From contig OY970323.1 of NCBI GenBank assembly GCA_963716985.1, positions 1-64,000 of the forward strand: a stretch of DNA of 64,000 nt, given 5' to 3'. Origin of the DNA: an uncultured bacterium. GTDB lineage: Bacteria > Chlamydiota > Chlamydiia > Chlamydiales > SM23-39. The stretch's first letter is position 1, and every line of letters begins with the position of its first letter. Position numbers and translations under genes: made by a program. The notes under the pieces were generated by a model, which did no database searches, was not told the origin of the DNA, and saw only the letters and a program-made list of their open reading frames with translations. Of this stretch, positions 41,980 through 51,761 are shown one piece after another.

Positions 41980-43010
41980 CGAATCCCTTAATTACAACGA
42001 TTATTCCCACATATAGACGTCCGAAATCCTTAACGCAGGCCATCCAAAGCGTTTTAGAGCAAAGCTTTACTTGCCTACGTGTATGTGTGTATGACAATGC
42101 CTCCGGAGATGAGACGAAAGAAGTTGTGGAAGAATGGATAAAAAAAGATGCCCGCGTTCACTATTTTTGCCATGAAAAAAACATCGGCAGCAATGCAAAT
42201 TTCCACTTTGGACTTGCGCAAGTAAAGACTCCCTATTTTTCCTTCCTGTCCGATGATGATTTTCTCTTTCCTGCGTTTTACAAAGAGGCGATCGATCAAT
42301 TGCAAAAATTCCCTAACGCTGCCTTTTTTGGAGGATCTACGCTTTTTATAGATGAAAAGGGAAAAGTTCTCGAGCTGCAAGGAATAAACCTAAAAGAGGG
42401 GTATCACCCTCGTTCCACCATTTTCCCAAGCAACAACTGGAGCTCGCATCTCTTCCGTACAAAAGAAGCCAAGCAAGTGGATCTCAACCCCGAGATCTAT
42501 TTTCTGGATGCAGCTTTTATGATACGAATGTACTCTCATTATCCCCAAGTGCTCTCTTTAACCCCTTGCGCGGTATTTCGAAGACATCCTCTGGGACTTT
42601 CTTCGCAATGCTCTTCGCAAGAGCTCCATGACCATTATCAAAAACTAATCCATGTTTTAAATGAGGATACTCATATTTCCGAAACAATGCGGACAACTGC
42701 TAGAATCGTCGTAAAAAATTTGCTCAAAGGTCAAATTTTCTCTAAAAGCTTGCGATTCATTGTGGAGAAAAACTACCAAAAAGCTTGGAGCGAAAGACTT
42801 TTGCTCGAAAAACTCGTGCAAGACAAACAAAAAAGCTTGTCTTTAGGCCTTCTTCTCATGCTTTGTCAAAAGAGCTGCTTTGTCCATCAAATCTTTTGCT
42901 ACTTGCTCCATTTTTTACGCTTGCTCAAGAACAGAAAGAAGAAAATCACTCTTCCAGATGGGTGTCTTTCCGTCCTGGAAAAATTTACATACTTTGAGGC
43001 GGAAGTGTAG
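41976..43010 (+). CDS. Glycosyltransferase family 2
   Basis: IIPTYRRP, YDNASGDET, SDDDFL; ATGA overlap with the ABC transporter stop. Confidence 0.9.
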   Translation: MTNPLITTIIPTYRRPKSLTQAIQSVLEQSFTCLRVCVYDNASGDETKEVVEEWIKKDARVHYFCHEKNIGSNANFHFGLAQVKTPYFSFLSDDDFLFPAFYKEAIDQLQKFPNAAFFGGSTLFIDEKGKVLELQGINLKEGYHPRSTIFPSNNWSSHLFRTKEAKQVDLNPEIYFLDAAFMIRMYSHYPQVLSLTPCAVFRRHPLGLSSQCSSQELHDHYQKLIHVLNEDTHISETMRTTARIVVKNLLKGQIFSKSLRFIVEKNYQKAWSERLLLEKLVQDKQKSLSLGLLLMLCQKSCFVHQIFCYLLHFLRLLKNRKKKITLPDGCLSVLEKFTYFEAEV

Positions 43011-43125
43011 ATTGGAAGAGATCTTTCATCGATCAATTTTGGCTGGCAAAATTTTTCCATTTTTCGCATACTTGTACTATGAGTTTTTTTACGTTGCGTA
43101 CATTTTGATCCCAATGATCTCATAC

Positions 43126-43185
43126 AAGAGGAGATGCGCTTTTTCCCGCCCCTAAAGGAGAGGATTTTTTCGCGCAGTCAATCGC
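43126..43185 (+). mobile_element. Decayed IS200/IS605 (IscB-type) end remnant
   Basis: AGGAGATGCGCTTTTTCCCGCCCCTAAAGGAGAGGATTTTTTCGCGCAGTCAATCGC aligns with 35702-35758 and is also followed by ATGAA. Confidence 0.65.
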
Positions 43186-44385
43186 ATGAAATTTTCTGTC
43201 TTATTACCCACTCGAAATCGCTTAGAATTTTTAAAATATTCGCTTCAGTCCGTTCTCTCCCAGGATTATCAGAACTGGGAAGTGATCCTTTCTGACAATT
43301 TTTCTGATCAAGATATTCAAGGATATATCCAATCGCTCAATGAGCCCAGAATCAAATATTCGAGAACCGAGAGTTTTTTATCGGTCACTGAAAACTGGAA
43401 TAGAACCATTGAAAAAATCACCGGCGATTACGTGATTATGCTGGGAGATGATGATTGCCTCATGCAAGGCTATTTCACCACCATTTGCAATCTCATGAAA
43501 CAATATCCCGACCCCGATTTGATCTATACAAGCGGCTATCTTTATGCTTATCCCGGAGTGGTCCAAGAATTTCCTCAAGGATTTCTGAGAAAATCGGGAA
43601 ATGCAAGATTTTTTCAATCTCGACAAGAGCCTTTTTGGATCAGGCAGGAAGAGGCGTTTCAATTGGTCTCCCATTCGTTGAATTTCGAGATGTTTTTTCT
43701 TTATAACATGCAGTATGTTTTGATCAGCAATGCCTTGATAAAGAAGATCCAAAAAAACGGGAAGTTTTTCCACTCCTCCTATCCCGACTATTATGCGATG
43801 AATGCACTCATGTTGCATGCAGAGCGCATTCTTGCCTGTCCTGATTGTTTAGTAATTGTCGGCATTTGCCCCAAGTCTGCCGGAGCGTTTTTCTGGAATC
43901 AGAAAGAAAAGCAAGCAGCAGAATTATTAAATGATTCTTCCCCTCTTGAAAAACAGATGGAGTCGATCGTTCTTCCGGGCGCTGCCATGACCACTTCCTG
44001 GCTCCTAGCCATGGAAGCATTAAAGGAAAATTTCAAAGATTTTTTTCCGTTAGAGGTGAATTATAAAAGATATAGAACCCTGCAAATTTTAGAATTCTAT
44101 AAGAATTGGACAAAAAATGGTGCTTATGACGAGGGACAGCTCTCTCTTCTTTGGAAAAAAATGGAGAGGAAAGAAAAACTATTTTATGGAGCACCTCTTC
44201 ATCTGATCTCTTTTTTCCTCCGCGCAATTGGAAAACTATTCGGGAAAAAATTTGTCAAACAATTAGTCACTGTTGCAAAGGGTTCCCCGAAACATTTCTA
44301 TCAAGAGATTCCTCAAAATTTTGCAACGATTCAGGAGGTTTGGAATCATCTAAACCCACCAACCAAAAACAGCTTTCTCTTATAA
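43186..44385 (+). CDS. Glycosyltransferase family 2
   Basis: FSVLLPTRNR, SDNFS, LGDDD. Confidence 0.9.
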   Translation: MKFSVLLPTRNRLEFLKYSLQSVLSQDYQNWEVILSDNFSDQDIQGYIQSLNEPRIKYSRTESFLSVTENWNRTIEKITGDYVIMLGDDDCLMQGYFTTICNLMKQYPDPDLIYTSGYLYAYPGVVQEFPQGFLRKSGNARFFQSRQEPFWIRQEEAFQLVSHSLNFEMFFLYNMQYVLISNALIKKIQKNGKFFHSSYPDYYAMNALMLHAERILACPDCLVIVGICPKSAGAFFWNQKEKQAAELLNDSSPLEKQMESIVLPGAAMTTSWLLAMEALKENFKDFFPLEVNYKRYRTLQILEFYKNWTKNGAYDEGQLSLLWKKMERKEKLFYGAPLHLISFFLRAIGKLFGKKFVKQLVTVAKGSPKHFYQEIPQNFATIQEVWNHLNPPTKNSFLL

Positions 44386-44405
44386 AGGCTTAAAAGATAC
44401 CCTTC

Positions 44406-45440
44406 ATGGAAAAGCTACTCATTACTACCGTCATTCCAACATTCAAACGGCCCCGCTTACTAGAGCGAGCGCTTTCGAGCGTTTGCAGCCAAACAATGCC
44501 CCATTTCCAGGTATGCGTTTACGATAACGCCTCCAATGACGGAACAGAAGCGGTGGTGAAGGAATTCTTAAAAAAAGATTCTCGCGTCCAATATCATTGC
44601 CATCCACAAAACATCGGGATGATGAACAACTATCAATATGCGCTCTCTCGCATTACGACGCCTTTCTTTTCCATTCTTTCCGACGACGATCTTTTGTTTC
44701 CCTGGTTTTACGAAACTACCATGCGCGGATTTTCGCAATTTCCAGAAGCTTTTTTTTCTGCTTCTTCCGCGATTATCATGTCCTCTGAAAAAAAAACATT
44801 AAGAGTTCCCCTGGATCTCTGGAAGAAAGAGGGCTTTTTTCAGCCGCCCTCTGCTCTTGCTGAAATGATCTCTCAATATCCTGTACCTACATGCATAATC
44901 TTTCGGCGAGAAGTATTGGACTTAATACCCATTGATACAGCCAATCTCCTCGTTTGGGATTGTGATTTTTTGATTCAAATCGCTTCCCGCTTTCCCATTT
45001 TTACCATCAAGCAGCCTTGCGGAATTTTCATGCAGCACCCCTCCTCCTTTTCCTTTTCTCAAAACATAAAGCTTTGGAGAGTTTCCTTCGCAAAAATGAA
45101 AGAAAAATTTATTGCCCACAGCTCGCTACCTTTCTTCATAAAGATTAAAGTGGGCCGCCTCTTTGGGAAAGAAATCAAACAAATGGATCGAGGAGCGATC
45201 CTTGTCAACCTCTTTCATAAAAATTTTAAAAAAGCTCTTCTTTATGCACTAAGATATAAAAAATACCATGGATGGAGCATCAAGACCTTTCTTTTTTTGA
45301 TCACAACCAGAGCTTGCCTCTTTTTTTCCCCTACTTTGTATCTGCTCATCTTCCTTCGCGGCATCAAGCGTCTTTTTAAGAAAAAACTCTTTCCTCCGCA
45401 GAATCTCGCCGCCTATGATCATTATGCAAAATGGCTCTAA
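44406..45440 (+). CDS. Glycosyltransferase family 2
   Basis: VIPTFKRP, YDNASNDGT, SDDDLL; paralog of the 39107 and 41976 genes. Confidence 0.9.
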   Translation: MEKLLITTVIPTFKRPRLLERALSSVCSQTMPHFQVCVYDNASNDGTEAVVKEFLKKDSRVQYHCHPQNIGMMNNYQYALSRITTPFFSILSDDDLLFPWFYETTMRGFSQFPEAFFSASSAIIMSSEKKTLRVPLDLWKKEGFFQPPSALAEMISQYPVPTCIIFRREVLDLIPIDTANLLVWDCDFLIQIASRFPIFTIKQPCGIFMQHPSSFSFSQNIKLWRVSFAKMKEKFIAHSSLPFFIKIKVGRLFGKEIKQMDRGAILVNLFHKNFKKALLYALRYKKYHGWSIKTFLFLITTRACLFFSPTLYLLIFLRGIKRLFKKKLFPPQNLAAYDHYAKWL

Positions 45441-45604
45441 AAGAAAAAATTTCCCATAAGGTTTTTTTCCTTCGCAGAACCATCCAATCGTTAAAAAATA
45501 TTTAGGACAGAACAATCGGCGCTCTCTTCAAACGAAATCGCAAAAGCCACTCTATTGTCTTGGAACAAATGCTTCATCGATGGAAAAGTATCTGATCGTT
45601 TAGA

Positions 45605-46507
45605 TCACCCAATAGATCGTTGATCTTTCCACCATTCGATCGTCTGCTCCAACGCATGAAAGAGCTCATATTTTGGGCGCCATGGAACTTCCTGAAAAAG
45701 CCGCTTAGCTTCGGCAATCATCGGCAAGAAACTGCCCTCATTTTTTCTGAATCGAACCAAATCGATCGCATCCATTTTTTCTGCAATTGATGCAACCATC
45801 TGCTTGATAGAAACATTTGTGCCGGAAGCAATATTGACCGATCCCTGGACCGAACTGTCGAGCAGGCAAACAAAGGCTTCGGCAACATCTTTCACATATA
45901 AAAAATCGCGCTCCAGATCGCCCTGCGCACAAAGGAACTCTTTGCCCTGTAGAAGGGAAGAGATGAGGGAAGGAATCAATCGCTCTTTTTGCTCGTGAGG
46001 GCCAAAGAGATAAAAAATTCTCCCCCAGGCAAAACTCAATCCTTGCAAATGGGAAAATTGCGCAGCCATTCGATGTAAAGCAGATTTACAAGTCCCATAT
46101 AATCCTTGGGACTGAAGCGGCATTTCATCTTCTCTGCATAAAGGGTTTTTCCAGTCGTATTCCGCACAGCTTCCGGCCATCACAGCCCGCTTTCCGCCGT
46201 GATGAGCAAAGCTTTTTAACAAATGTAGGCTTTGCCCAACGCAATCGAGATTCTCCGGAGCATTCCAATAGAGTCCATGCTTCGCATACCAGGCCAGATG
46301 CAAAAGAAACTCGGGCTTTACTCTCTCGAGAAAGGAATCGATCTGCTCGGCATGGGAAAGATCGATTTTTTCCCAAAAAACAGAGGAATCTGCTCTTGGT
46401 ATTTCATTTCTGGTAATCGCAAATACCTCAAATCCTCTTTCCAATAAAAAAGGAATGCAGTGGCGACCGATAAATCCACTGCTTCCGGTAACAAGAACTT
46501 TTTTCAT
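45605..46507 (-). CDS. NAD-dependent epimerase/dehydratase (NDP-sugar 4-ketoreductase-like)
   Basis: GSSGFIG, HLAW, GSCAEY, YGTCK, RDFLYVKDVA. Confidence 0.88.
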   Translation of the reverse strand: MKKVLVTGSSGFIGRHCIPFLLERGFEVFAITRNEIPRADSSVFWEKIDLSHAEQIDSFLERVKPEFLLHLAWYAKHGLYWNAPENLDCVGQSLHLLKSFAHHGGKRAVMAGSCAEYDWKNPLCREDEMPLQSQGLYGTCKSALHRMAAQFSHLQGLSFAWGRIFYLFGPHEQKERLIPSLISSLLQGKEFLCAQGDLERDFLYVKDVAEAFVCLLDSSVQGSVNIASGTNVSIKQMVASIAEKMDAIDLVRFRKNEGSFLPMIAEAKRLFQEVPWRPKYELFHALEQTIEWWKDQRSIG

Positions 46508-47034
46508 AAGGGAAAGTCCGGAAAGATTTGGTCTTTTGCCGAAAGGATAGGAGAGGGATCGGGCCAGGAAATCGCAAAAGCCGGGTCATTCCAGCGAACT
46601 CCTCGCGCAAGAGAGGAAACGTAGGGTGCAGACATCTGATAAAAAAGCTCCGCATGATCGCTTAACGTTTGAAACCCATGCGCAAACCCCGCCGGGATAT
46701 ATAGGATGTGCCGATTGTCTTCGTTCAAGAGAAAGCTCTGCCACTTTTTGAACGTAGGAGATTCGGGCCGAAGATCTATGATCACATCAAAAATCGCCCC
46801 CCTGATGCAGCGCACGCATTTGACCTCTTCCGCGGGCTCTATTTGATAATGCATGCCGCGCAATGTGCCTTTTTTTCGGTTATACGAGAGATTGCATTGA
46901 ACAAAATTTGCCTGCAAGCCATGCGTTGCAAACTCTTCTTGGCAAAAGGACCTCGCAAAAAAACCCCTTTCATCTTCTAAAAGCTCATGTTCAATAAGAA
47001 TGGCATCCTTTAATAAGGTGGGCAGAAACTTCAT
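46504..47034 (-). CDS. rfbC: NDP-4-keto-6-deoxyhexose 3,5-epimerase (RmlC/RfbC family)
   Basis: DERGFF, GTLRGMHYQ, DLRPESPTF, GFAHGF, WNDP. Confidence 0.93.
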   Translation of the reverse strand: MKFLPTLLKDAILIEHELLEDERGFFARSFCQEEFATHGLQANFVQCNLSYNRKKGTLRGMHYQIEPAEEVKCVRCIRGAIFDVIIDLRPESPTFKKWQSFLLNEDNRHILYIPAGFAHGFQTLSDHAELFYQMSAPYVSSLARGVRWNDPAFAISWPDPSPILSAKDQIFPDFPL

Positions 47035-48290
47035 GGAAAAACCTCAAGCTTTGGGATAGCCACAACAAATTTCCCTCCCCATGAGCGGATATGCGACATT
47101 TGGTCCATGATCTCATTTTTTATATTCCAAGGCAGTATCAAGAGATAGTCGGGCTTTTCCATTTTCAAATCCTCCGGCTTCTTGATAGGAATATGCGTTC
47201 CTGGCAAAAAACGCCCTTGCTTATGGGGGCTAATATCGACGGTAAAGGGAAGAAGGCCTGGAGTCACCTGACAAAAGTTCAACAGGGTATTTCCCTTAGC
47301 CGGAGCCCCATAGCCTGCCACCTTTCGATTGTTTTTCTTGCAATCCTTCAAAAACTTTAAGAGGTCTTCTTTGACGGCTTCGACCTTATTAGGGAAGGAA
47401 AGATAGGACTCTTTGCAAGCCAATCCCATAGAGGTTTCTTTTTCCCGCAAGAGGCCCACAGAGGGCAATATCTCTTTTGTAAGATCCTTGGTATGTTTCG
47501 CATAGATTCGTATCGATCCCCCATGGGTGGGAATCTCCTCTACATCGAACAGGGTCAGGCCGTGCGCGGCAAAAACCTTTTCAACGGTCAGAAAGCTAAA
47601 ATAGGAAAAGTGTTCGTGATAGATCGTGTCAAACTGCACGTTTTGGATCAGCTGTAAGAGATGCGGAAACTCCATCGTGACAATCCCCTTGTCGTTCAAA
47701 AGGATCTTCATCCCTTCGACAAAGTCGTTGAGGTCGGGCACATGGGCCAGAACATTATTGCCAATGATCAGATCGGGCAGTTTTTTTTCTTTCTTCAGCT
47801 CTTTGGCCAGCTCTGTGCCAAAAAATTTTGCAATGGTGGGAATGCCGGAGGTGCGAGCAATTGCAGCCACATTTTCAGCAGGCTCAATGCCAAGAATGGG
47901 AATGCGGAACTCCTTAAAAAATTGCAAGAGGTACCCATCGTTGCTCGCAAGCTCCATCACAAAATGGCAAGAGGTCAGGCCAAACCTTTTCACCATTGTT
48001 TTCACATATTCCTGACAATGCGCAAGCCAGCTGCTTGAGTAAGAGGAGAAGTAGGCATAGTCCTTAAATATTTCTTGCGGGGATTGAAATTCCTGCAGCT
48101 GCACCAGAAGGCAGGAGGGGCAAAGGAGTGCATGAAGAGGATAAGCGGGCTCATCTTTCCCCAAGTCGTTTGCAAAAAGATAGGAGTTGGAAAGGGGGGT
48201 TTTTCCTAAATCGCAAAAAGTTTGCAATTTTTTTTCTCCGCAAAAGCGGCATCTTGTTTCCATTACACTGTTTTTCAAAGTCTTTTTCAT
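47031..48290 (-). CDS. NDP-hexose C-methyltransferase
   Basis: Zn-binding CRFC...CPSC, ELASNDG, NNVLAHVPD, FDTIYHEH, THGGS, YGAPAKGNTLLN. The start is 48290 or 48263. Confidence 0.9.
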   Translation of the reverse strand: MKKTLKNSVMETRCRFCGEKKLQTFCDLGKTPLSNSYLFANDLGKDEPAYPLHALLCPSCLLVQLQEFQSPQEIFKDYAYFSSYSSSWLAHCQEYVKTMVKRFGLTSCHFVMELASNDGYLLQFFKEFRIPILGIEPAENVAAIARTSGIPTIAKFFGTELAKELKKEKKLPDLIIGNNVLAHVPDLNDFVEGMKILLNDKGIVTMEFPHLLQLIQNVQFDTIYHEHFSYFSFLTVEKVFAAHGLTLFDVEEIPTHGGSIRIYAKHTKDLTKEILPSVGLLREKETSMGLACKESYLSFPNKVEAVKEDLLKFLKDCKKNNRKVAGYGAPAKGNTLLNFCQVTPGLLPFTVDISPHKQGRFLPGTHIPIKKPEDLKMEKPDYLLILPWNIKNEIMDQMSHIRSWGGKFVVAIPKLEVFP

Positions 48291-48324
48291 GATGTTTTTG
48301 GGTTGATGGTGAAAGAACAATTCG

Positions 48325-49332
48325 TCAGCAGCAAGAAAAGGATCGCGTATGTTTTCTCTCCTTAGAAAAAAATCTCTGATACCATTCGATCGTTTGCTGC
48401 AATCCCTCTTCGATAGAAAAGTGCGACTCCCAGCCAAGAATTTTTTTTGCTTTTTCAGAACTGAGGAATTGATGTGCTATCTCTGCCTTTGCGATCCCTA
48501 AAACGTTCGGTTGTAGATGGGGAACATTCATGAGCTTTTGAATCATCGCGACAATTTCCAACACAGAATAGGGACGGTTGGGGCCGAAATTAAACGCTTC
48601 TCCGCTAACCCCTTTTTCGCCGCTTTTTTCTGCCATTTTTAAATAGGCATCGACCGCATCTGCAACAAATAAATAATCGCGGGTCAGTGTGCCGTCGCTT
48701 CGAATTACAGGCGACTCTTCGTTAATAAAACTCTGAATCGTTCCGGGAACGATGCGGCTCCAATTCAAATCTCCTCCACCAAAGATATTTCCGCACCTTG
48801 CGACCACTAGGGGGAGATGAAAGGTATGAAAGTAGGAAAGAGAGAGTAAATCCGTGCAAGACTTGGAAACGTCATAGGGATGCGATCCTCGAAGGGGCAT
48901 GTTTTCGGTATAGGGAAGAAGCGCGCTTGTCCCATATGCTTTATCGCTAGAAGCAATCACAATTCTTTGCACTTTTTCCCTACATTCGCGGCACGCCTCC
49001 AAGAGAAGATAGGTGCCTCGGATATTGGATTCAAAAGTCTCCAAAGGGTCTCTAAGAGCTGCTCCGACAATGGTCTGCGCTCCCAAATGAATGACCGTAT
49101 CAACCTCATGCTGCACCAAGGCTCTTTTTATCGATGAGCCATCTTCAAGTCTTCCTTGAACAACAGAAATGTCATAAATTTCTTGGCTGCGAATCAGCTC
49201 GCTCTGCGGATCCCAATCGCGAATCAATGCAACGACATAGGCCTTTTCCTTCAAGAGTCTTTTGATCAGCCAAGAGCCTACAAGGCCGGTGGCTCCCGTG
49301 ACAAACACATGCTTATCCTTCCAAAAACTCAT
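48325..49332 (-). CDS. rfbG: CDP-glucose 4,6-dehydratase-like NAD-dependent dehydratase
   Basis: FWKDKHVFVTGATGLVG, SSDKAY, PYDVSK, GNIFGGGD; directly downstream of rfbF. Confidence 0.8.
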   Translation of the reverse strand: MSFWKDKHVFVTGATGLVGSWLIKRLLKEKAYVVALIRDWDPQSELIRSQEIYDISVVQGRLEDGSSIKRALVQHEVDTVIHLGAQTIVGAALRDPLETFESNIRGTYLLLEACRECREKVQRIVIASSDKAYGTSALLPYTENMPLRGSHPYDVSKSCTDLLSLSYFHTFHLPLVVARCGNIFGGGDLNWSRIVPGTIQSFINEESPVIRSDGTLTRDYLFVADAVDAYLKMAEKSGEKGVSGEAFNFGPNRPYSVLEIVAMIQKLMNVPHLQPNVLGIAKAEIAHQFLSSEKAKKILGWESHFSIEEGLQQTIEWYQRFFSKERKHTRSFSCC

Positions 49333-50156
49333 CGCGCAGCTTCCTCTTTTTTCATTTTCAAGAGTAGATCTTTGTTCTTCTCTTTTTTTTCCCAAATCTT
49401 CCAAGGAGCATTGCCCTTTTCCCAAAGATCTTCCAAGAGTTTGTGTTCCCGAAGCGTATCCATCGCCTGCCAAAAACCCTCGTGTTTGTAAGCCATCAAT
49501 TTTTGATCTTTTGCGAGATTTTCCAAAGGCTCTCGCTCCCAAGCAGTAGAATCGTCCTTAATATAATCGATTACTTCGGGCTCGAGAACAAAAAAACCTC
49601 CATTGATCCAACCTTCTCCGGTTTGCGGTTTTTCTAAAAATTCCACTACCCGGTCCCCCTCAAAGGAGAGCCCTCCAAAACGTGCGGGAGGACGGACGGC
49701 CGCGACCGTCGCTAAAGCGCCATGGCTTTTATGGAAGAGAAGCTCGTTTGCAATATTCAGGTCCGTCAACCCATCTCCATAAGTGAAGAGAAAGGTTTCG
49801 TTTCCGATCCATTTTTTCAATCGTTTGAGTCTTCCTCCCGTTTGGGTTTGCAAGCCCGTATCGACAAGATGGACGATCCAAGGAGGCGGCTCTTTTTCAT
49901 AAAGCCTCTCTTTACCGGTCGACAGATCGATCGTCACGTCGCAATTCAGGGGATAATAATTTAAGAAAAACTCTTTGACCATTTCTCCCTTATATCCAAG
50001 AGCAATGATGAATTCATTGATCCCATAAAAAGAATACAAACTCATGATATGCCAGAGAATGGGCATACCTCCGATCTTGATCATGGGTTTTGGACAACTT
50101 TCGGTTTTTTCTGCAAGACGCGTGCCAAGCCCACCGGCTAGAATGACAGCCTTCAT
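49329..50156 (-). CDS. rfbF: Glucose-1-phosphate cytidylyltransferase
   Basis: ILAGGLGTRL, PKPM, VDTG..TQTGGRL, TYGDG, WINGGFFV, FWQAMDTLRE. Confidence 0.95.
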   Translation of the reverse strand: MKAVILAGGLGTRLAEKTESCPKPMIKIGGMPILWHIMSLYSFYGINEFIIALGYKGEMVKEFFLNYYPLNCDVTIDLSTGKERLYEKEPPPWIVHLVDTGLQTQTGGRLKRLKKWIGNETFLFTYGDGLTDLNIANELLFHKSHGALATVAAVRPPARFGGLSFEGDRVVEFLEKPQTGEGWINGGFFVLEPEVIDYIKDDSTAWEREPLENLAKDQKLMAYKHEGFWQAMDTLREHKLLEDLWEKGNAPWKIWEKKEKNKDLLLKMKKEEAAR

Positions 50157-50443
50157 AACTTCCCTATTTTTTGAAACACATCTTCAACTTCTTCCGCCGA
50201 AATACCAAAAATTCCTGCTTCAATGCCTTTATACAGACTGATCACATGCTTTAGATCAGCGCTCTGGCGGTCATTTGTTCACATATTTTAAGACTCTTTT
50301 CGAGCCTTGAAAAGATTATAGGACAAGAATACGGCTTAAAACAAGCGCAATTCCTTCCATCATAAAAGACAGAAAGATTTTTCAGCCCCGAGAATTTTAT
50401 CTTAACGAGATCAGATCTTCCCAAAAGAAAAATGAACAAATTT

Positions 50444-51631
50444 TTAACAACTTTTCTCCCCGTTTTTGGGTAAAAAGTGCACGATTTCCTCTACATAGCC
50501 TTTGCGCATCCAATAGGGATATCGCTCGATTTGCGCATCTTTCTTCCTCTCGCTTATTAGCTCTTTCACCGTAAAAGGATTGATTTCGTGATTGATCGAC
50601 AAAAACATACCGGAAACACTTTCTATTCGATTCCAATATTCACGCGCACTCTTTGGATCCATTTCCGTAAGCGAGTCCACATTTACAATGAGATCATAAT
50701 AAGCAGTGGTTTGGCCAAAAAACTCTTGGGGAGTAAGGATTTTTATTCTCTCTTCCGGATGCGATGCTTCTTCTCCGGAAAGGATCACCTGGGTTTCCCC
50801 CAAAGTTGCAGCTAAAAAATAACCGGAAGCCATTGAGGTAAAGGGAAGGTCCACAATGGTATAATCGTTCATTCCAAAGAGTCGTGCATAATAGGCCGTT
50901 CGTCCTACCCCAGCGCCGATTTCAAGAACGCGCGGATGGGGAACCCCTTGAAGAAGCTGTTTGATACGCCATGCTTGATAAAGTGCTTGGGGCACTCGAT
51001 AAGAAACAACACCCTTCGTTGTTTGCACACCCTCTTCATCGGGATAGGGATTGGGAAAGGAAATTTCCTGCCCCAAAAACTCCTCAATACTCTTCACAAC
51101 GTCATCAGCTGTCCAAGATGTAGGCAAAGAAATACTTTCGGGATTATATAATCGAATCGCGCCGATCGCTTCGGCAAACCGCATCAACCCATCAAGACAA
51201 ACCGCGCCATGACCATATCTGCTTTCAGAAGAAGAAAAACTAGTCATTACAGACTTCGCAAGATTATCAATCCCCCAAAAAAAATCTGAAGAAGCGGGAT
51301 TTCTAAGAATATCGCCTGCCTCAACAACATCGCCCTTCAGAAAAATTTGATGAATCGGCAAGTGCTTTTCATTGAAAATGCTCTGCCACATGGAATTTCC
51401 ACGATTTTCCACCACTTCTGCAGATCGTCGATAAGATTCTAGGAGACGCTTGACAATCGAAAGGGCATCAACTTTTGTCTCTATGTTTGCTCGACCAGCC
51501 ACTGAATCTATCCCATTTAAGAGACGAAAAACAGGCGGCTCTCCACCGTTCAAAAAAGGTCTTTTTAAAAACATCCTCAACAATCGTTTCGCTATTCGCT
51601 TCGATTGTGCAACCCACATGCCCATCGCCAT
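50444..51631 (-). CDS. Putative sugar O-methyltransferase
   Basis: RVLEIGAGVGRTAY, YTIVDLP, DLIVNVDSLTEM; glycan-locus context; start uncertain. Confidence 0.75.
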   Translation of the reverse strand: MAMGMWVAQSKRIAKRLLRMFLKRPFLNGGEPPVFRLLNGIDSVAGRANIETKVDALSIVKRLLESYRRSAEVVENRGNSMWQSIFNEKHLPIHQIFLKGDVVEAGDILRNPASSDFFWGIDNLAKSVMTSFSSSESRYGHGAVCLDGLMRFAEAIGAIRLYNPESISLPTSWTADDVVKSIEEFLGQEISFPNPYPDEEGVQTTKGVVSYRVPQALYQAWRIKQLLQGVPHPRVLEIGAGVGRTAYYARLFGMNDYTIVDLPFTSMASGYFLAATLGETQVILSGEEASHPEERIKILTPQEFFGQTTAYYDLIVNVDSLTEMDPKSAREYWNRIESVSGMFLSINHEINPFTVKELISERKKDAQIERYPYWMRKGYVEEIVHFLPKNGEKSC

Positions 51632-51761
51632 CCTCTCATAATTTATTAAAATCTTCTCCTGAAAGAGAAATTCTTTGCAATTGATAAAGCTTAAAAGAAA
51701 CTTGCCTCCAAATAATTCTAGAAGAATGGCGGCGCATCATGACAAAAAAACATTAAACCCA

